DNA from: Candidatus Pyrohabitans jungbluthii
GTDB taxonomy: Archaea > Hydrothermarchaeota > Hydrothermarchaeia > Hydrothermarchaeales > BMS3B
Direction: 5' to 3'
Length of the DNA: 31,357 bases
Assembly (NCBI GenBank): GCA_002010065.2
Contig: MTMD02000013.1
Location: 1 to 31,357 of the forward strand
Shown here: piece after piece, positions 19,080-29,420 of the stretch
Position numbering within the stretch: position 1 is the first letter of the stretch
Layout: every line of letters starts with the position of its first letter
Notes under the pieces: generated by a model
What the model was told of the DNA's origin: nothing
Seen by the model: only the letters and a program-made list of their open reading frames with translations
Database searches by the model: none
Position numbers and translations under genes: made by a program

Positions 19080-20315
19080 ATGCTACCAGAGAAGCTGAGG
19101 GAAGACTTCCCCGCCCTGAGCAGGCTGCGCAACGGCAAACCCCCTGTTTACCTGGACAGCGCATGCATGAGTTTAAAGCCCAGGCAGGTAATCCAAGCGA
19201 TAAATAAGTATTACGAGAATTACCCAGCGTGTGGCGGGCGCGGACGGTCGCAGCACTGGTTTGCCAGCGAGGTTAAGGAAGCCACAGAAAAGGCGCGGGA
19301 GAGGGTGGCTGGTTTCATAAACGCCTCGCCAGAGGAGATTGTGTGGACGAAAAATACAACAGAGGCGATTAACCTCGTTGCCCACAGCTTCAAGCTTGAG
19401 CGGGGCGATGTAGTGTTAACCAGCGACAGGGAGCACAATTCCAACCTTGTACCCTGGCTGGAGCTTGAAAAGAGCAGGGGAATAAGGCACGAGGTGGTGC
19501 CTTCGCGGGAAGATGCCACCTTCGATCTGGAGAAGTTCAAGGATATGCTCTCTCCCAAGGTTAAGCTTGTGAGCGTGGTGCACGTCTCAAACCTCGACGG
19601 CTACGCCCTGCCCGTGGAGGAGATTATAGAAATAGCTCACGATTATGGAGCCAAGGTTTTGCTGGACGCTGCGCAGAGTGTGCCTCATCGTAGCGTAGAT
19701 GTTCGTCGTCTGGATGTGGACTTCCTTGCCTTCTCTGTGCACAAGATGCTGGGTCCCAGCTTAGGGGTGCTCTACGGCAAAGAGGAGGAGCTTCGCGGGC
19801 TTAGTCCCTTTATCGTTGGCGGGGATACGGTGAGCGATTCCTACTACAACCGCGCTGTGTTCCTGCCGCCGCCCCACCGCTTTGAAGCAGGGCTTCAGAA
19901 TTACGCAGCGCAGATAGGCGCTGCTGCAGCGGTTGAGTACCTCCGCAGGGTGGGGCTGCGCAGGATTGAGGAGCACGAGCGCGCTCTGACGGAGTATCTC
20001 TCGAAAAGGCTGGCAGCTATTGAGGAGGTGCGCTTTGTTGGCGTTACCGAGGCAAAGCTGCGCTCGGGGATAGTAAGCTTCCGCTTGGAGAGACGCGGAC
20101 GAAGCCTTGTAGCGCCGAGCGACGTTGCCGAGCTGCTCGACCGCCACTACAACATAATGCTGCGCGCGGGCGACCATTGCATTCATTCTTGGTTTAACGC
20201 CCGCGGAATAGGGGCGAGTGGCTCCGTGAGGGCAAGCCTCTACCTCTACAACACCCGCGCAGAGTGTGATTTACTCGTGGAAGGTGTAAAGAGGATAGTT
20301 GAGATGGAGGGATAG
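19080..20315 (+). CDS. Group II (SufS-like) cysteine desulfurase, PLP-dependent
   Basis: YLDSA, EHNSN, DAAQS, SVHKMLGP, FEAG, RAGDHC, VRASLYLYNT. Confidence 0.9.
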   Translation: MLPEKLREDFPALSRLRNGKPPVYLDSACMSLKPRQVIQAINKYYENYPACGGRGRSQHWFASEVKEATEKARERVAGFINASPEEIVWTKNTTEAINLVAHSFKLERGDVVLTSDREHNSNLVPWLELEKSRGIRHEVVPSREDATFDLEKFKDMLSPKVKLVSVVHVSNLDGYALPVEEIIEIAHDYGAKVLLDAAQSVPHRSVDVRRLDVDFLAFSVHKMLGPSLGVLYGKEEELRGLSPFIVGGDTVSDSYYNRAVFLPPPHRFEAGLQNYAAQIGAAAAVEYLRRVGLRRIEEHERALTEYLSKRLAAIEEVRFVGVTEAKLRSGIVSFRLERRGRSLVAPSDVAELLDRHYNIMLRAGDHCIHSWFNARGIGASGSVRASLYLYNTRAECDLLVEGVKRIVEMEG

Positions 20316-20561
20316 AAAATCGATGAGGAAAAAAAGCGCCTTCTCTTAGAAATCCTTCGCTCCCTCGGCGAAGCAAAGCTGGCGAGGATTCAGGAAGAGG
20401 TCGAGGCGCGCCGTTTAGAGGAGCCTGAAAAATATGAAGCTTTAACTGGGTGCAACCTTCAGGATTTGCTTATAGAGATGGCGGAGGAAGGCTTGGTTGA
20501 GAGGATTTTTCCCGAGTGGGGTGCGCCGGTATACAGGGTTAGGGAATCAAAAACCTTATAA
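20316..20561 (+). CDS. Winged-helix-like reading frame lacking a canonical start (not in ORF track)
   Basis: 81 open codons KIDEEKKRLLLEILRSLGEAKLARIQEEV...LQDLLIEMAEEGLVERIFPEWGAPVYRV, in frame after the sufS TAG. Confidence 0.6.
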   Translation, partial: KIDEEKKRLLLEILRSLGEAKLARIQEEVEARRLEEPEKYEALTGCNLQDLLIEMAEEGLVERIFPEWGAPVYRVRESKTL

Positions 20562-20680
20562 ACTAAGAGCAACATATCCCACTTACTGTTTTGCATGAAA
20601 TTACCGAGGCTCTTCTGGGACATTGGCACGGCTTTGTGTGAGGGGGAGCTATCTCGTTCTTCCGCTAGTGAGGTGATTGC

Positions 20681-21697
20681 GTGGTAACCATCGTTGTAGG
20701 CGGTCAATGGGGCGACGAAGGCAAGGGAAAGGTGATAAGCTACCTGTGCATGAAGGATGAGCCAGACATAATTGCACGTGCTGGTGTTGGTCCGAACGCA
20801 GGCCACACCGTGGTTTATAGAGGGAAGAAGTACCCCCTGCGCCTTACCCCGAGCGGTTTTCTGTATGAGAAGGCGAAGCTGCTCATAGGCGCAGGTGTGC
20901 TTGTGAACCCCGAGGTAATGCTAAAGGAGATTAGAGACCTGGGCATAGAGAATAGGATAGGGATAGACTACCGCTGCGGGATAATAGAGGAGGAGCACAT
21001 CGCGAGAGATAAAGGCTCGGGGCATCTCGCGGGTAAGATAGGCAGCACGGGCACAGGCTGCGGGCCTGCGAACATGGACAGGGCAAACAGAAGCTTGAAG
21101 CTGGCGCAGGATATTGCAGAGCTCAAGCCCTACCTCACCGATGTGCCCCAGGAGGTCAACGAGGCGATTGATGCTGGTAAAAAGGTGCTGGTGGAAAGCT
21201 CTCAGGGTTTTGGGCTCAGCTTATTCTACGGCACTTACCCCTATGTTACCTCAAAAGATACGACAGCAAGCATGGCGTGCGTTGATGTGGGAATAGGTCC
21301 AAGGAGGGTTAGGGATGTGATAGTGGTGTTTAAATCCTTCCCAACCCGCGTTGGCGCAGGTCCATTCCCCACTGAGATGTCACAAGAAGAGGCGGAGAGG
21401 CTTGGAATAGTGGAGTACGGCACCGTTACCGGGCGAAGGCGAAGGATAGGGAGGTTCGACTTTGACATGGCGCGCTATGCTGCAATGCTAAACAGCGCCT
21501 CGCAGATAGCACTCACCTGCGTTGATTATATTGACGAGGAGAGCAGAGGTGCGAGGAGCTACGACGAGCTCAGCAAAGCTGCGCAGAGCTTTGTGGAAGA
21601 GGTGGAGCGCCGCGTGGGCGTGCCGGTGACAATAATCTCCACGGGGCCAGAGCTTGAGGACACCATAGATTTAAGGGAGGAGAAGCTTGGAATATGA
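20681..21697 (+). CDS. purA: Adenylosuccinate synthetase (short archaeal form)
   Basis: [37 protein letters not shown]; GAGGTGA RBS. Confidence 0.97.
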   Translation: MVTIVVGGQWGDEGKGKVISYLCMKDEPDIIARAGVGPNAGHTVVYRGKKYPLRLTPSGFLYEKAKLLIGAGVLVNPEVMLKEIRDLGIENRIGIDYRCGIIEEEHIARDKGSGHLAGKIGSTGTGCGPANMDRANRSLKLAQDIAELKPYLTDVPQEVNEAIDAGKKVLVESSQGFGLSLFYGTYPYVTSKDTTASMACVDVGIGPRRVRDVIVVFKSFPTRVGAGPFPTEMSQEEAERLGIVEYGTVTGRRRRIGRFDFDMARYAAMLNSASQIALTCVDYIDEESRGARSYDELSKAAQSFVEEVERRVGVPVTIISTGPELEDTIDLREEKLGI

Positions 21698-23301
21698 CCA
21701 AGTATATAATTGTAACCGGTGGTGTGCTTTCTGGCTTGGGTAAGGGCGTGACCACCGCAGCCATAGGCTTAATTTTGCGTTCCCGCGGGCTGCGCATAGA
21801 CGTGTGCAAGATAGACCCGTACCTCAACGTGGACCCGGGGCTAATGAACCCCTTCCAGCACGGCGAGGTTTGGGTTACAAAGGATGGGTACGAGGCAGAC
21901 CTGGACTTCGGGCACTACGAGCGCTTCCTGGATGTGGAGCTAACCCGAGACCACAACATTACGACGGGCAAAATCTACCTTTCCGTGCTGGAGAAGGAGC
22001 GCCGGGGTGAGTATCTCGGCCAGACGGTGCAGATAATTCCTCACGTCACCGATGAGATAAAGAGGCAGATTCGCGAGATCGCGCGGATTAACAACCCGGA
22101 CGTGCTCATAGTTGAGATCGGAGGCACGACTGGCGACATAGAGAGTATGCCCTTCCTTGAGGCGCTGCGCCAGCTCAGGATGGAGCTGGGCAAGGAGAAT
22201 GTGCTTTTCATCCATGTCACGCTTGTGCCCACGCTTGAAACCGTGGGGGAGCAGAAGACCAAACCCACACAGCACAGCGTCAAGGAGCTTCGCGGTATAG
22301 GAATACAGCCCGACATACTCGTATGCAGGACTCGCGACCCTCTATTAGATGAGACCAAGGCGAAGCTCTCCCTGTTCTGCGATGTGAGCAAGCGCGATGT
22401 GATAAGCAACCACGACGTGAAGATAGTCTACGAGGTTCCCCTTGTGATGGAGGCTCAGGGATTGGGGGACACAATCCTTGAGAAGCTCAACCTGCGCGAG
22501 CGCAAGCACGACCTGCGCGAGTGGGACAGGTTCATAAAGAAGATAAAGAAACCCAAGGAGAAGGTCACCATAGCCATAGTTGGTAAGTACACCCACCTCC
22601 ATGACTCTTACATAAGCATCGTCGAAGCCCTGAAGCATGCGGCGTGGAAGCTTAACCATGATGTGGAGATACTCTGGATGGAGGCTGAGGAGATAGAGGA
22701 GGAACCCGAGAAGATTAAGGAGCTTGAAGGTGCGCACGGCATTCTGGTGCCAGGCGGTTTCGGCGCGCGAGGGGCAGAGGGTAAGATCGCTGCGATAAGA
22801 TACGCGAGGGAGAACAATGTGCCTTACCTCGGGATATGCTTCGGCTTTCAGCTTGCCGTCGTCGAGTTCGCGCGCAATGTGCTTGGGTTAAGCCAGGCAA
22901 ATAGCGTTGAGCTCGACCCCAAAACCATGCATCCGGTAATAGACCTCCTGCCTGAGCAGCGGAAGATTGAAAAGATGGGTGGCACCATGCGCCTCGGTGA
23001 GATAAAAGTTAATATAAAGCCCGGAACCAAGGCGTATGAGATATACGGCTGCACCGAGGTGGGCGAGCGCCACCGCCACCGCTACGAGGTTAACCCGGAT
23101 TACATCCCCCAGCTTGAAAGCGCAGGGATGGTGTTCTCTGCCACCAGCGACGGCGGACGCAGAATGGAGATATGCGAGCTTCCCTCGCACTTCCACTTTC
23201 TGGCGACGCAGTTCCACCCGGAGTTCAAGTCTCGACCGCGTCGTCCTTCTCCAGTGTTTCTTGCTTTTGTTGATGCCGCAATAAGGAAGAAGAGGTTGTA
23301 G
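21694..23301 (+). CDS. pyrG: CTP synthase
   Basis: [49 protein letters not shown]; ATGA overlap with purA. Confidence 0.97.
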   Translation: MTKYIIVTGGVLSGLGKGVTTAAIGLILRSRGLRIDVCKIDPYLNVDPGLMNPFQHGEVWVTKDGYEADLDFGHYERFLDVELTRDHNITTGKIYLSVLEKERRGEYLGQTVQIIPHVTDEIKRQIREIARINNPDVLIVEIGGTTGDIESMPFLEALRQLRMELGKENVLFIHVTLVPTLETVGEQKTKPTQHSVKELRGIGIQPDILVCRTRDPLLDETKAKLSLFCDVSKRDVISNHDVKIVYEVPLVMEAQGLGDTILEKLNLRERKHDLREWDRFIKKIKKPKEKVTIAIVGKYTHLHDSYISIVEALKHAAWKLNHDVEILWMEAEEIEEEPEKIKELEGAHGILVPGGFGARGAEGKIAAIRYARENNVPYLGICFGFQLAVVEFARNVLGLSQANSVELDPKTMHPVIDLLPEQRKIEKMGGTMRLGEIKVNIKPGTKAYEIYGCTEVGERHRHRYEVNPDYIPQLESAGMVFSATSDGGRRMEICELPSHFHFLATQFHPEFKSRPRRPSPVFLAFVDAAIRKKRL

Positions 23302-23303
23302 TT

Positions 23304-24233
23304 ATGTTTGATGCAAAGAAGTTTATTGAAGAAGCGGTGAAGGAGATTCGCGAGCAGGTGGGTGAGGAGACCGCAATCATAGCTTTATCGGGCGGCGTTG
23401 ATTCGAGTGTCGCCGCTACACTTGCCCACCGCGCACTTGGAAAACATCTCGTAGCTGTCTTTGTCAACCACGGCTTTATGCGCAAGGGCGAGGAAGAGGA
23501 GATAGTGGAGATTTTTAAGAATAAGCTTGGAATGAACCTCCGCGTTGTGCATGCGCAGGAGCGTTTTTTCAAGGCGCTCGAAGGGGTGCGTGACCCGGAG
23601 GAGAAGCGAAAGATTATAGGCAGGATTTTCATTGAGGTGTTTGAGGAAGAGGCAGCCAAGGTGGGGGCGAAGTACCTGGTTCAAGGCACAATAGCGCCGG
23701 ACTGGATAGAGAGCAGCGGCGGGATAAAGAGTCACCACAACGTCGCTGGTTTGCCAAGTGGCATGGTTTTGGAGCTTGTGGAGCCCCTGCGCGACCTGTA
23801 TAAAGACGAGGTGCGCATAGTTGCCCGGGAGCTGGGCTTACCTGAGAGCATCTCTGAGCGTATGCCCTTCCCGGGTCCAGGCTTGGCGGTGCGCGTGATT
23901 GGAGAGGTGACACCGGAAAAGGTGGAGATAGTTCGTGAGGCAAATGCCATAGTGGAGGAGGAGATTAAAAAGGCGAAGCTTAAACCCTGGCAGGCTTTCG
24001 CCGCGCTCCTGGAAGGAAAGACAGTTGGGGTAAAAGGCGATATCCGCGACTATGGCTATACCATCGCTGTTCGTGTGGTGGAGAGCGTTGATGCGATGAC
24101 GGCAACGGCAATGCAGGTGCCCTGGGAGGTACTCAAGCGCATCCAGAAGAGAATTACGCGAGAGATTCCCGGCGTCACCCGGGTGCTCTACGACATAACC
24201 GATAAACCCCCGGCGACGATTGAATACGAGTAA
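23304..24233 (+). CDS. guaAB: GMP synthase subunit B (ATP pyrophosphatase)
   Basis: [43 protein letters not shown]. Confidence 0.95.
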   Translation: MFDAKKFIEEAVKEIREQVGEETAIIALSGGVDSSVAATLAHRALGKHLVAVFVNHGFMRKGEEEEIVEIFKNKLGMNLRVVHAQERFFKALEGVRDPEEKRKIIGRIFIEVFEEEAAKVGAKYLVQGTIAPDWIESSGGIKSHHNVAGLPSGMVLELVEPLRDLYKDEVRIVARELGLPESISERMPFPGPGLAVRVIGEVTPEKVEIVREANAIVEEEIKKAKLKPWQAFAALLEGKTVGVKGDIRDYGYTIAVRVVESVDAMTATAMQVPWEVLKRIQKRITREIPGVTRVLYDITDKPPATIEYE

Positions 24234-24259
24234 ACTTTCATCAACAACGGAAAGGTTGG

Positions 24260-24308
24260 AGGTGAAATGCCCGAGAAAAAGGAGAGGAGGAGGTGGGGCA
24301 TTTCACCT
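24260..24308. repeat. 13-bp perfect inverted repeat containing RBS + ATG
   Basis: AGGTGAAATGCCC (24260-24272) / GGGCATTTCACCT (24296-24308). Confidence 0.8.
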
Positions 24309-24395
24309 TACCCAGTAATATTGCACATACCGAAGGTAAACATTATTGTTGATTTAATGCCTTAAGGTAAACGTTGACGTTTGCAGGTGTGGTGA

Positions 24396-25223
24396 ATGGC
24401 GCTGCTCTTCGGCACTGCGGGTGTTCCCATTTCCTCACCCTCTAGAGACACCGCTTCGGGTATAGCGAGGGTGCATGAGCTTGGGCTGGGGTGCATGGAG
24501 ATAGAGTTTGTTCGCGGGGTGAGGATGGGTATGGAAAAAGCAAAAGAGGTGCGCGCAGTGGCGGAGAAGCTTGGGGTAGCGCTGACTGTACACGCCCCCT
24601 ACTACATAAACCTTAACTCACCCGAGGAAGCCAAGCTTAAGGCGAGTGTGCAGCGCATCCTCGACTCCGCTAAAGTGGGCTACGCCTGCGGTGCCCGCGA
24701 TATAGCATTTCACCCAGGCTACTACATGAAAAGCTCCAAGGAAAACGCGTATGCTAAGGTAAAAGAGCAGCTTGAGGGTATAGTTAAGACCCTCGAGGAT
24801 GAGGGCATAGATGTGGTGCTCCGCCCTGAGACGACAGGCAAACGCACCCAGCTTGGAAGCCTTGAGGAGGTTCTCAGCCTTAGTGCAGAGCTTTCCAGGG
24901 TAATGCCCTGTGTTGACTTCGCCCACCTCTACGCAAGGAGCAGGGGCGCGGCGAACAGCTACGAAGCCTTTGCAGAGATGCTGGCGAAGATAGAGAATGC
25001 GCTTGGCAGCGAAGCGCTCCGCGACATGCACATCCACGTCTCTGGCATAACCTATGGCAAGGGTGGAGAGCGCTCCCATCTTGTGCTTAAAGAGTCGAAG
25101 TTCAACTACAAAGCACTGCTTCGCGTTCTGAAGGATTACCGCGTTGAGGGCAAGCTCATATGCGAGAGTCCCAACCTCGAGGAAGATGCGCTGCTTTTGA
25201 AGCAGAGGTATGAGAAGATTTGA
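24396..25223 (+). CDS. nfo: Endonuclease IV (AP endonuclease family 2, archaeal type)
   Basis: HAPYYINLNS, FHPGYY, PETTGK, DFAH, HIHVSGI, ERSH, ICESP. Confidence 0.88.
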   Translation: MALLFGTAGVPISSPSRDTASGIARVHELGLGCMEIEFVRGVRMGMEKAKEVRAVAEKLGVALTVHAPYYINLNSPEEAKLKASVQRILDSAKVGYACGARDIAFHPGYYMKSSKENAYAKVKEQLEGIVKTLEDEGIDVVLRPETTGKRTQLGSLEEVLSLSAELSRVMPCVDFAHLYARSRGAANSYEAFAEMLAKIENALGSEALRDMHIHVSGITYGKGGERSHLVLKESKFNYKALLRVLKDYRVEGKLICESPNLEEDALLLKQRYEKI

Positions 25224-25243
25224 GAGCAATAGAAATAAAAAAC

Positions 25244-26959
25244 CTAAAATCCTGCACTCTGTATGCAGTTCCTGTAAAACTCGTCTATCTCTCTCATCTC
25301 TTCCTCTGTGAATCTCCTCACGTACTTGTCCTCGCGAAGCCTCTTGCCCGTCTTCGCTTCCCATTCGCTGGCAGGTATACTGAACCTCTCCTGTATGCGG
25401 TCGCGGTAGAGCTCCGGCAAAACGTTGAAAGAGCAGAAGGGCACAATGCGAAGGTCAGGCAGGGCGTAGTGCACGCTGCACTTCCTTACGCGAGCGATGT
25501 CGTAGTTGTAGGTGTCCTGGAAGTGCATCATCCCTATGAAGAGGGAGTTTCGGTTAAGCTCCTTGAGCTCAGCGTAGGAGCCCCTCGTTAAGGAGGATAT
25601 GAGTACCCGCTTGAGGTCGAGGTACTCCGGCTTCTTTTCCTCGTCGATAAAACGGGAGATGTTGGCGAGTGCTTTAATGATTGAGATGCCCTTGCCAGCG
25701 AGCTTAAAGCGGGAGTGCTCCACCTCAAAGCTCAGCTCATGAAGGAACTCCAGGAAGCCCTCCACATCGAAGAATCGCGTCAGCGGCACTAGCTTGTCGC
25801 CCTGCTTGAAGGCGTAGGTTGCCATTCCGCATGCGAAGTGTGTAGACAGGCGGTACTTCGGTCTAGCGAAAATCGCCTCCATGAAGTCGGTTAGGCGAGC
25901 GGTACTCGGCACCGGGAAAAAGTCCTCCCTCGCTATGGCTCCGTCGGTCTGCTCCTCTATAGCCTTGATCACCCCGGGTATGGTTATGCGCTGCTTTTCG
26001 CGCTCCTCGCGAGGCATTCTTCCCACGAGGGAAACAGGCTGGAAGTTGACCCCGCGAACCACATCTAAGTTAGCGAAGGCAAAGCGTAAAATATCTCCCA
26101 ACTCGTGGTCGTTCGTACCTCGAATAACTGTGGGAACGAGCACCATGTTCATTCCGGTGATGCGCGCATTGCGTATTACCCCTGGCACCTCGTAGTAGTT
26201 CTTGGGATTCGTTTTCGGCGTAACCCCGTCGAAGCTCATGTAGAGAATGATATGCCCGCGCTTGCTTCCCACCTCTTTTATCTTCCTCATAAGCTCCAGA
26301 TTGCGGGAAAGCTCTATCCCGTTGGTGTTTAGCAGGATGTGCTGGAAGCCGGCTTCGCGGCACGCGGCGATTATCTCGAGCAGGTCATCCCGCAGCGTTG
26401 GTTCGCCCCCTGTGAGCTGTACCGCCTCAGCACCAACTGGGCGCTCATTACGAAGCACCTCAAGCATGCGCTTAATCCTCTCCAGCGAGGGTTCGTATAT
26501 CCTTCCACCCTCCTTAGCGTAGAAGAAGCAGTACCAGCACGCGATATTGCAGCGGTTTGTCACGACGATGTTCGCCAAGCCGGTGTGGGACTCATGCTCC
26601 TCGCAGAGGCCGCACTTCAGTGGGCACCTCGCCTTTGGCGCTTCCACGTTGGGATTGTGGAGCTTTATACCATCGTCAGCAAATCTGCTGGCTAAGTGGT
26701 ACATAGCTGCGTCTTCCCAGTAAACCTCTCTGGTTGCGCCGTGGGTGGAGCAGTACTTTGCTATCCACACCTTGTCATCCTTCTCATAAACCACCGCGTC
26801 TACGATCATTGCAGAGAAGTTCTTTTCTGAGGCGCAATCGGGGCAGAGCGAAGAGGTGTAGCGCAGAATCCTTGCATCCTCCCCTATAAGGCTGGAGAGA
26901 AAGCCAGACTCCACCTGTTGACCAAAGTCACAATTAAAGAGTGTACTCTGGCTTTCCAT
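25244..26959 (-). CDS. tes: Tetraether lipid synthase (radical SAM; MJ0619/GDGT-MAS family)
   Basis: N-terminal CPDC..CSTHG, CPLKCGLCEEH, TNRCNIACWYCFF, GVNFQPVS, HFACG, MHFQD.YNYD..RV.KC..HY, PFC. Confidence 0.88.
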   Translation of the reverse strand: MESQSTLFNCDFGQQVESGFLSSLIGEDARILRYTSSLCPDCASEKNFSAMIVDAVVYEKDDKVWIAKYCSTHGATREVYWEDAAMYHLASRFADDGIKLHNPNVEAPKARCPLKCGLCEEHESHTGLANIVVTNRCNIACWYCFFYAKEGGRIYEPSLERIKRMLEVLRNERPVGAEAVQLTGGEPTLRDDLLEIIAACREAGFQHILLNTNGIELSRNLELMRKIKEVGSKRGHIILYMSFDGVTPKTNPKNYYEVPGVIRNARITGMNMVLVPTVIRGTNDHELGDILRFAFANLDVVRGVNFQPVSLVGRMPREEREKQRITIPGVIKAIEEQTDGAIAREDFFPVPSTARLTDFMEAIFARPKYRLSTHFACGMATYAFKQGDKLVPLTRFFDVEGFLEFLHELSFEVEHSRFKLAGKGISIIKALANISRFIDEEKKPEYLDLKRVLISSLTRGSYAELKELNRNSLFIGMMHFQDTYNYDIARVRKCSVHYALPDLRIVPFCSFNVLPELYRDRIQERFSIPASEWEAKTGKRLREDKYVRRFTEEEMREIDEFYRNCIQSAGF

Positions 26960-27002
26960 TCACTCATCCTCCCTGGTTTAAAAAATTGACCTGAGTAGTT
27001 TT

Positions 27003-28772
27003 TTATTTTTCCTGATATTTAAGCTTTCGCTTTTTTCTTGAAATGTAGGCTGCCGCCGCTATCCCGACGAATACACCCAGCAATAGGATGGTCGCTGAGA
27101 GAAGCAGGGGTCTCTTTTTCAGATATTTTGGTTTAATAGTCTCATGAACGCCGTCGTGGCATTTCTCGCAGTTTTTGTCATTACAGTATTTCACCTTGCT
27201 CTTTATTGAAAAATCACCTGGGAAATTCCATCGAATACCATAAATCCAGGGTGCGTACTGCTCTGCTTTTTCCAGAGGAATTTCACTGGTGTTTCTGAGG
27301 AGGATAAACATGCCTGAGGAGTTGGCTATTACATAGCTCTCTCCGGAGAAATACACACTCTCAGAGATGTGCTCCCCATCATAACTCCACACCGCATAGC
27401 TGCGCTGTTCGCCTGTGGAATGGCAGCTATCGCATTCCCTGCCCTTACCAAAGCCGTGGGATACCTTGTCCATGTGCACCCAGGCGATGATTTTGTTGTA
27501 CCTTGGCAGAGAAGAGAAGGTGCCCACTACAGCGAAGGCATCGCGCGAGGAGTTGCGCAGCCCTGGCAGGGTCCTGAAGCTCAGGCTGGTGGAGTTGAGG
27601 CTGTGCTTCATGTTCAGCACCGCCTGGGGCATGGGTTTGACGGGAATCCACTTCCCAGCGTCGTCCCTTATCAATATTGGCACATTCATAATCCCGTAGT
27701 AGTTTATCTTCGCCAGAGGTGTGGGCATGCCGTAGTAGTCGCCAGGTGCCCAGAAGGTCGCCTGGTAGCCGGCTAAGCTCGAGACGTGGCACGCCTCGCA
27801 GGTTAAGTTTGCGTGCACACTCTTTGCAAGTTTAGCTTCTTCCCTTAGATGGCAATCGCCACAGGTGGCACTTCTGGTTATGTTGTGGTCCTGATAGGTG
27901 TGGCACTCCAGACAGGAAAGGTTCAGGTCAGCGTGTACATCATTGGGCAAGCCAAAAACCTCTTCACGGAAGTAGCCGGCGCCGCGGCGGTATTCCTCCG
28001 CGCCCACGTGGCATATTCCGCGCCCACCACCGAAGTAGCACGTGCTCGCCTCCACTCTGCGGGAGAAGAAGTGCGTACCTTCGCCTTTATCTGGCTGATA
28101 GTGGCAGTCCAAGCAGGAGGTGTGGCACTGCTGGCACACTCGATCGTTGAGCGCCGCCTGCTCCTCAGAGTAGGGCACCACCAGATCCTCGCGGATTTGG
28201 GAGATGTTTACAAGCCAGTAGCCGCAGTTGTGAGGCGCCGGCGAGGTGAATTTTGGATATGCGCTCTGCATTCTGGCGTTGCCCATGTTCGATGTCAGGT
28301 AGTCCTCCACCTGGCGGGGATGGCACTTTCCGCAGGTAGCGTTGGCGATGCTGAAGTTGAAGGCATAGCTCTCTTTGTTTCTGTCATGGTATAGCACCGT
28401 CTTGACCCGGTAGGGGTTGTTTATAATTCCCAGCGCAAGGCTTCCGGGATAATAAATGTCTATTTTTGGATAATAAGAGCGGTTGAGCTTAAAAAGAGCG
28501 TCCTCGCGGGAGATGATTAACAAAGAAAGCATTCCAGCGTGAGCGCCCTCCTTTGTGTAGTTCTCAGCATCGCCGAGGTGGCAGTCCTCGCACTGAGGGC
28601 CACCTAACCCCTGACGGTACATCTTGCTCTGATTCCACACCTCCTCAAGCGTAATCACAAACTCCTCGTAGCCCTGCATCAGCGTGGCATTCTCATGACA
28701 GTAAGTGCAGGAGCTTGCCTCCAGCGCGGGGAGGAGTACCCCCATTGCGAGTATTAAAAGCATCGCCCTCAT
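27003..28772 (-). CDS. Membrane-anchored multiheme cytochrome c (10 CxxCH + 1 CX8CH)
   Basis: CTYCH, CEDCH, CGKCH, CQQCH, CLDCH, CLECH, CGDCH, CEACH, CDSCH, CEKCH; signal peptide; C-terminal TM plus basic tail. Confidence 0.92.
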   Translation of the reverse strand: MRAMLLILAMGVLLPALEASSCTYCHENATLMQGYEEFVITLEEVWNQSKMYRQGLGGPQCEDCHLGDAENYTKEGAHAGMLSLLIISREDALFKLNRSYYPKIDIYYPGSLALGIINNPYRVKTVLYHDRNKESYAFNFSIANATCGKCHPRQVEDYLTSNMGNARMQSAYPKFTSPAPHNCGYWLVNISQIREDLVVPYSEEQAALNDRVCQQCHTSCLDCHYQPDKGEGTHFFSRRVEASTCYFGGGRGICHVGAEEYRRGAGYFREEVFGLPNDVHADLNLSCLECHTYQDHNITRSATCGDCHLREEAKLAKSVHANLTCEACHVSSLAGYQATFWAPGDYYGMPTPLAKINYYGIMNVPILIRDDAGKWIPVKPMPQAVLNMKHSLNSTSLSFRTLPGLRNSSRDAFAVVGTFSSLPRYNKIIAWVHMDKVSHGFGKGRECDSCHSTGEQRSYAVWSYDGEHISESVYFSGESYVIANSSGMFILLRNTSEIPLEKAEQYAPWIYGIRWNFPGDFSIKSKVKYCNDKNCEKCHDGVHETIKPKYLKKRPLLLSATILLLGVFVGIAAAAYISRKKRKLKYQEK

Positions 28773-29167
28773 TTTTCCAGAAGCTCTAGTATCATTTCTT
28801 CAAATCTGTCCTCGGGGATGTACCCGACTGCGCCACCCACCATCTCGCCTTTTGAGTTTAAGAGCACAAATGTGGGCGTCCCTCTTATTCCAAACTTCTT
28901 TACCAGCGCCTTTTCCTTGTCGTAGTTGAGTATTACGATGTTCACCCTGTCACCATACTTTGTCTTCATCTTTTCCACCGTTGGGGCCATGCGCAGGCAG
29001 ATGCTGCACCAGGTAGCTGAGAACTCAACAATTGTCGGCTTTCCGCTCGCCAGCGCCTTTTCATAATCTTCGCGGGTGTCAAAGCTTATCCCATCATTTC
29101 CCCCCTTCTCTCCGATGCATGCCGCAAATAAGAGGGTAACCATGAAAACTGCCAACAACTTCTGCAT
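28769..29167 (-). CDS. Thioredoxin-family lipoprotein
   Basis: Lipobox LFAAC, FSATWCSIC, GIRGTPTF; ATGA overlap with the cytochrome gene. Confidence 0.88.
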   Translation of the reverse strand: MQKLLAVFMVTLLFAACIGEKGGNDGISFDTREDYEKALASGKPTIVEFSATWCSICLRMAPTVEKMKTKYGDRVNIVILNYDKEKALVKKFGIRGTPTFVLLNSKGEMVGGAVGYIPEDRFEEMILELLEK

Positions 29168-29323
29168 ATCACCACTCTCCTTTCAGAAATAATCACCATA
29201 TCTTAATAAAATATTTACGAATCCGGTTTTGGGGAACTGTGGGTGGTTGTTCCCATCTTATGCATAACCTATTGACGCCTTGTTTTATTTTAAGCATATA
29301 TCAAATGTTATTTTATAATTAAA

Positions 29324-29420
29324 TCGGAAAAATTTATATAGGGGTTTCTTAGAAAATTAGCCTGAAACCCGAGAGACTTCGGGTGAGACCGAAAGGATCT
29401 TTGAGTAAGGAGGTGAACAT
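29324..29420 (+). promoter_or_regulatory. BRE/TATA promoter and structured 5' UTR with GGAGGTGA RBS
   Basis: CGGAAAAATTTATATA at about 29325-29340; hairpins ACCCGA/TCGGGT and AGACC-GAAA-GGATCT. Confidence 0.55.

Noticed and set aside
23304-24233. Truncated guaA
   Set aside because: Split GuaAA/GuaAB is normal in archaea
24618-25364. 248-aa minus-strand ORF
   Set aside because: Antisense shadow of endonuclease IV and out of frame with tes
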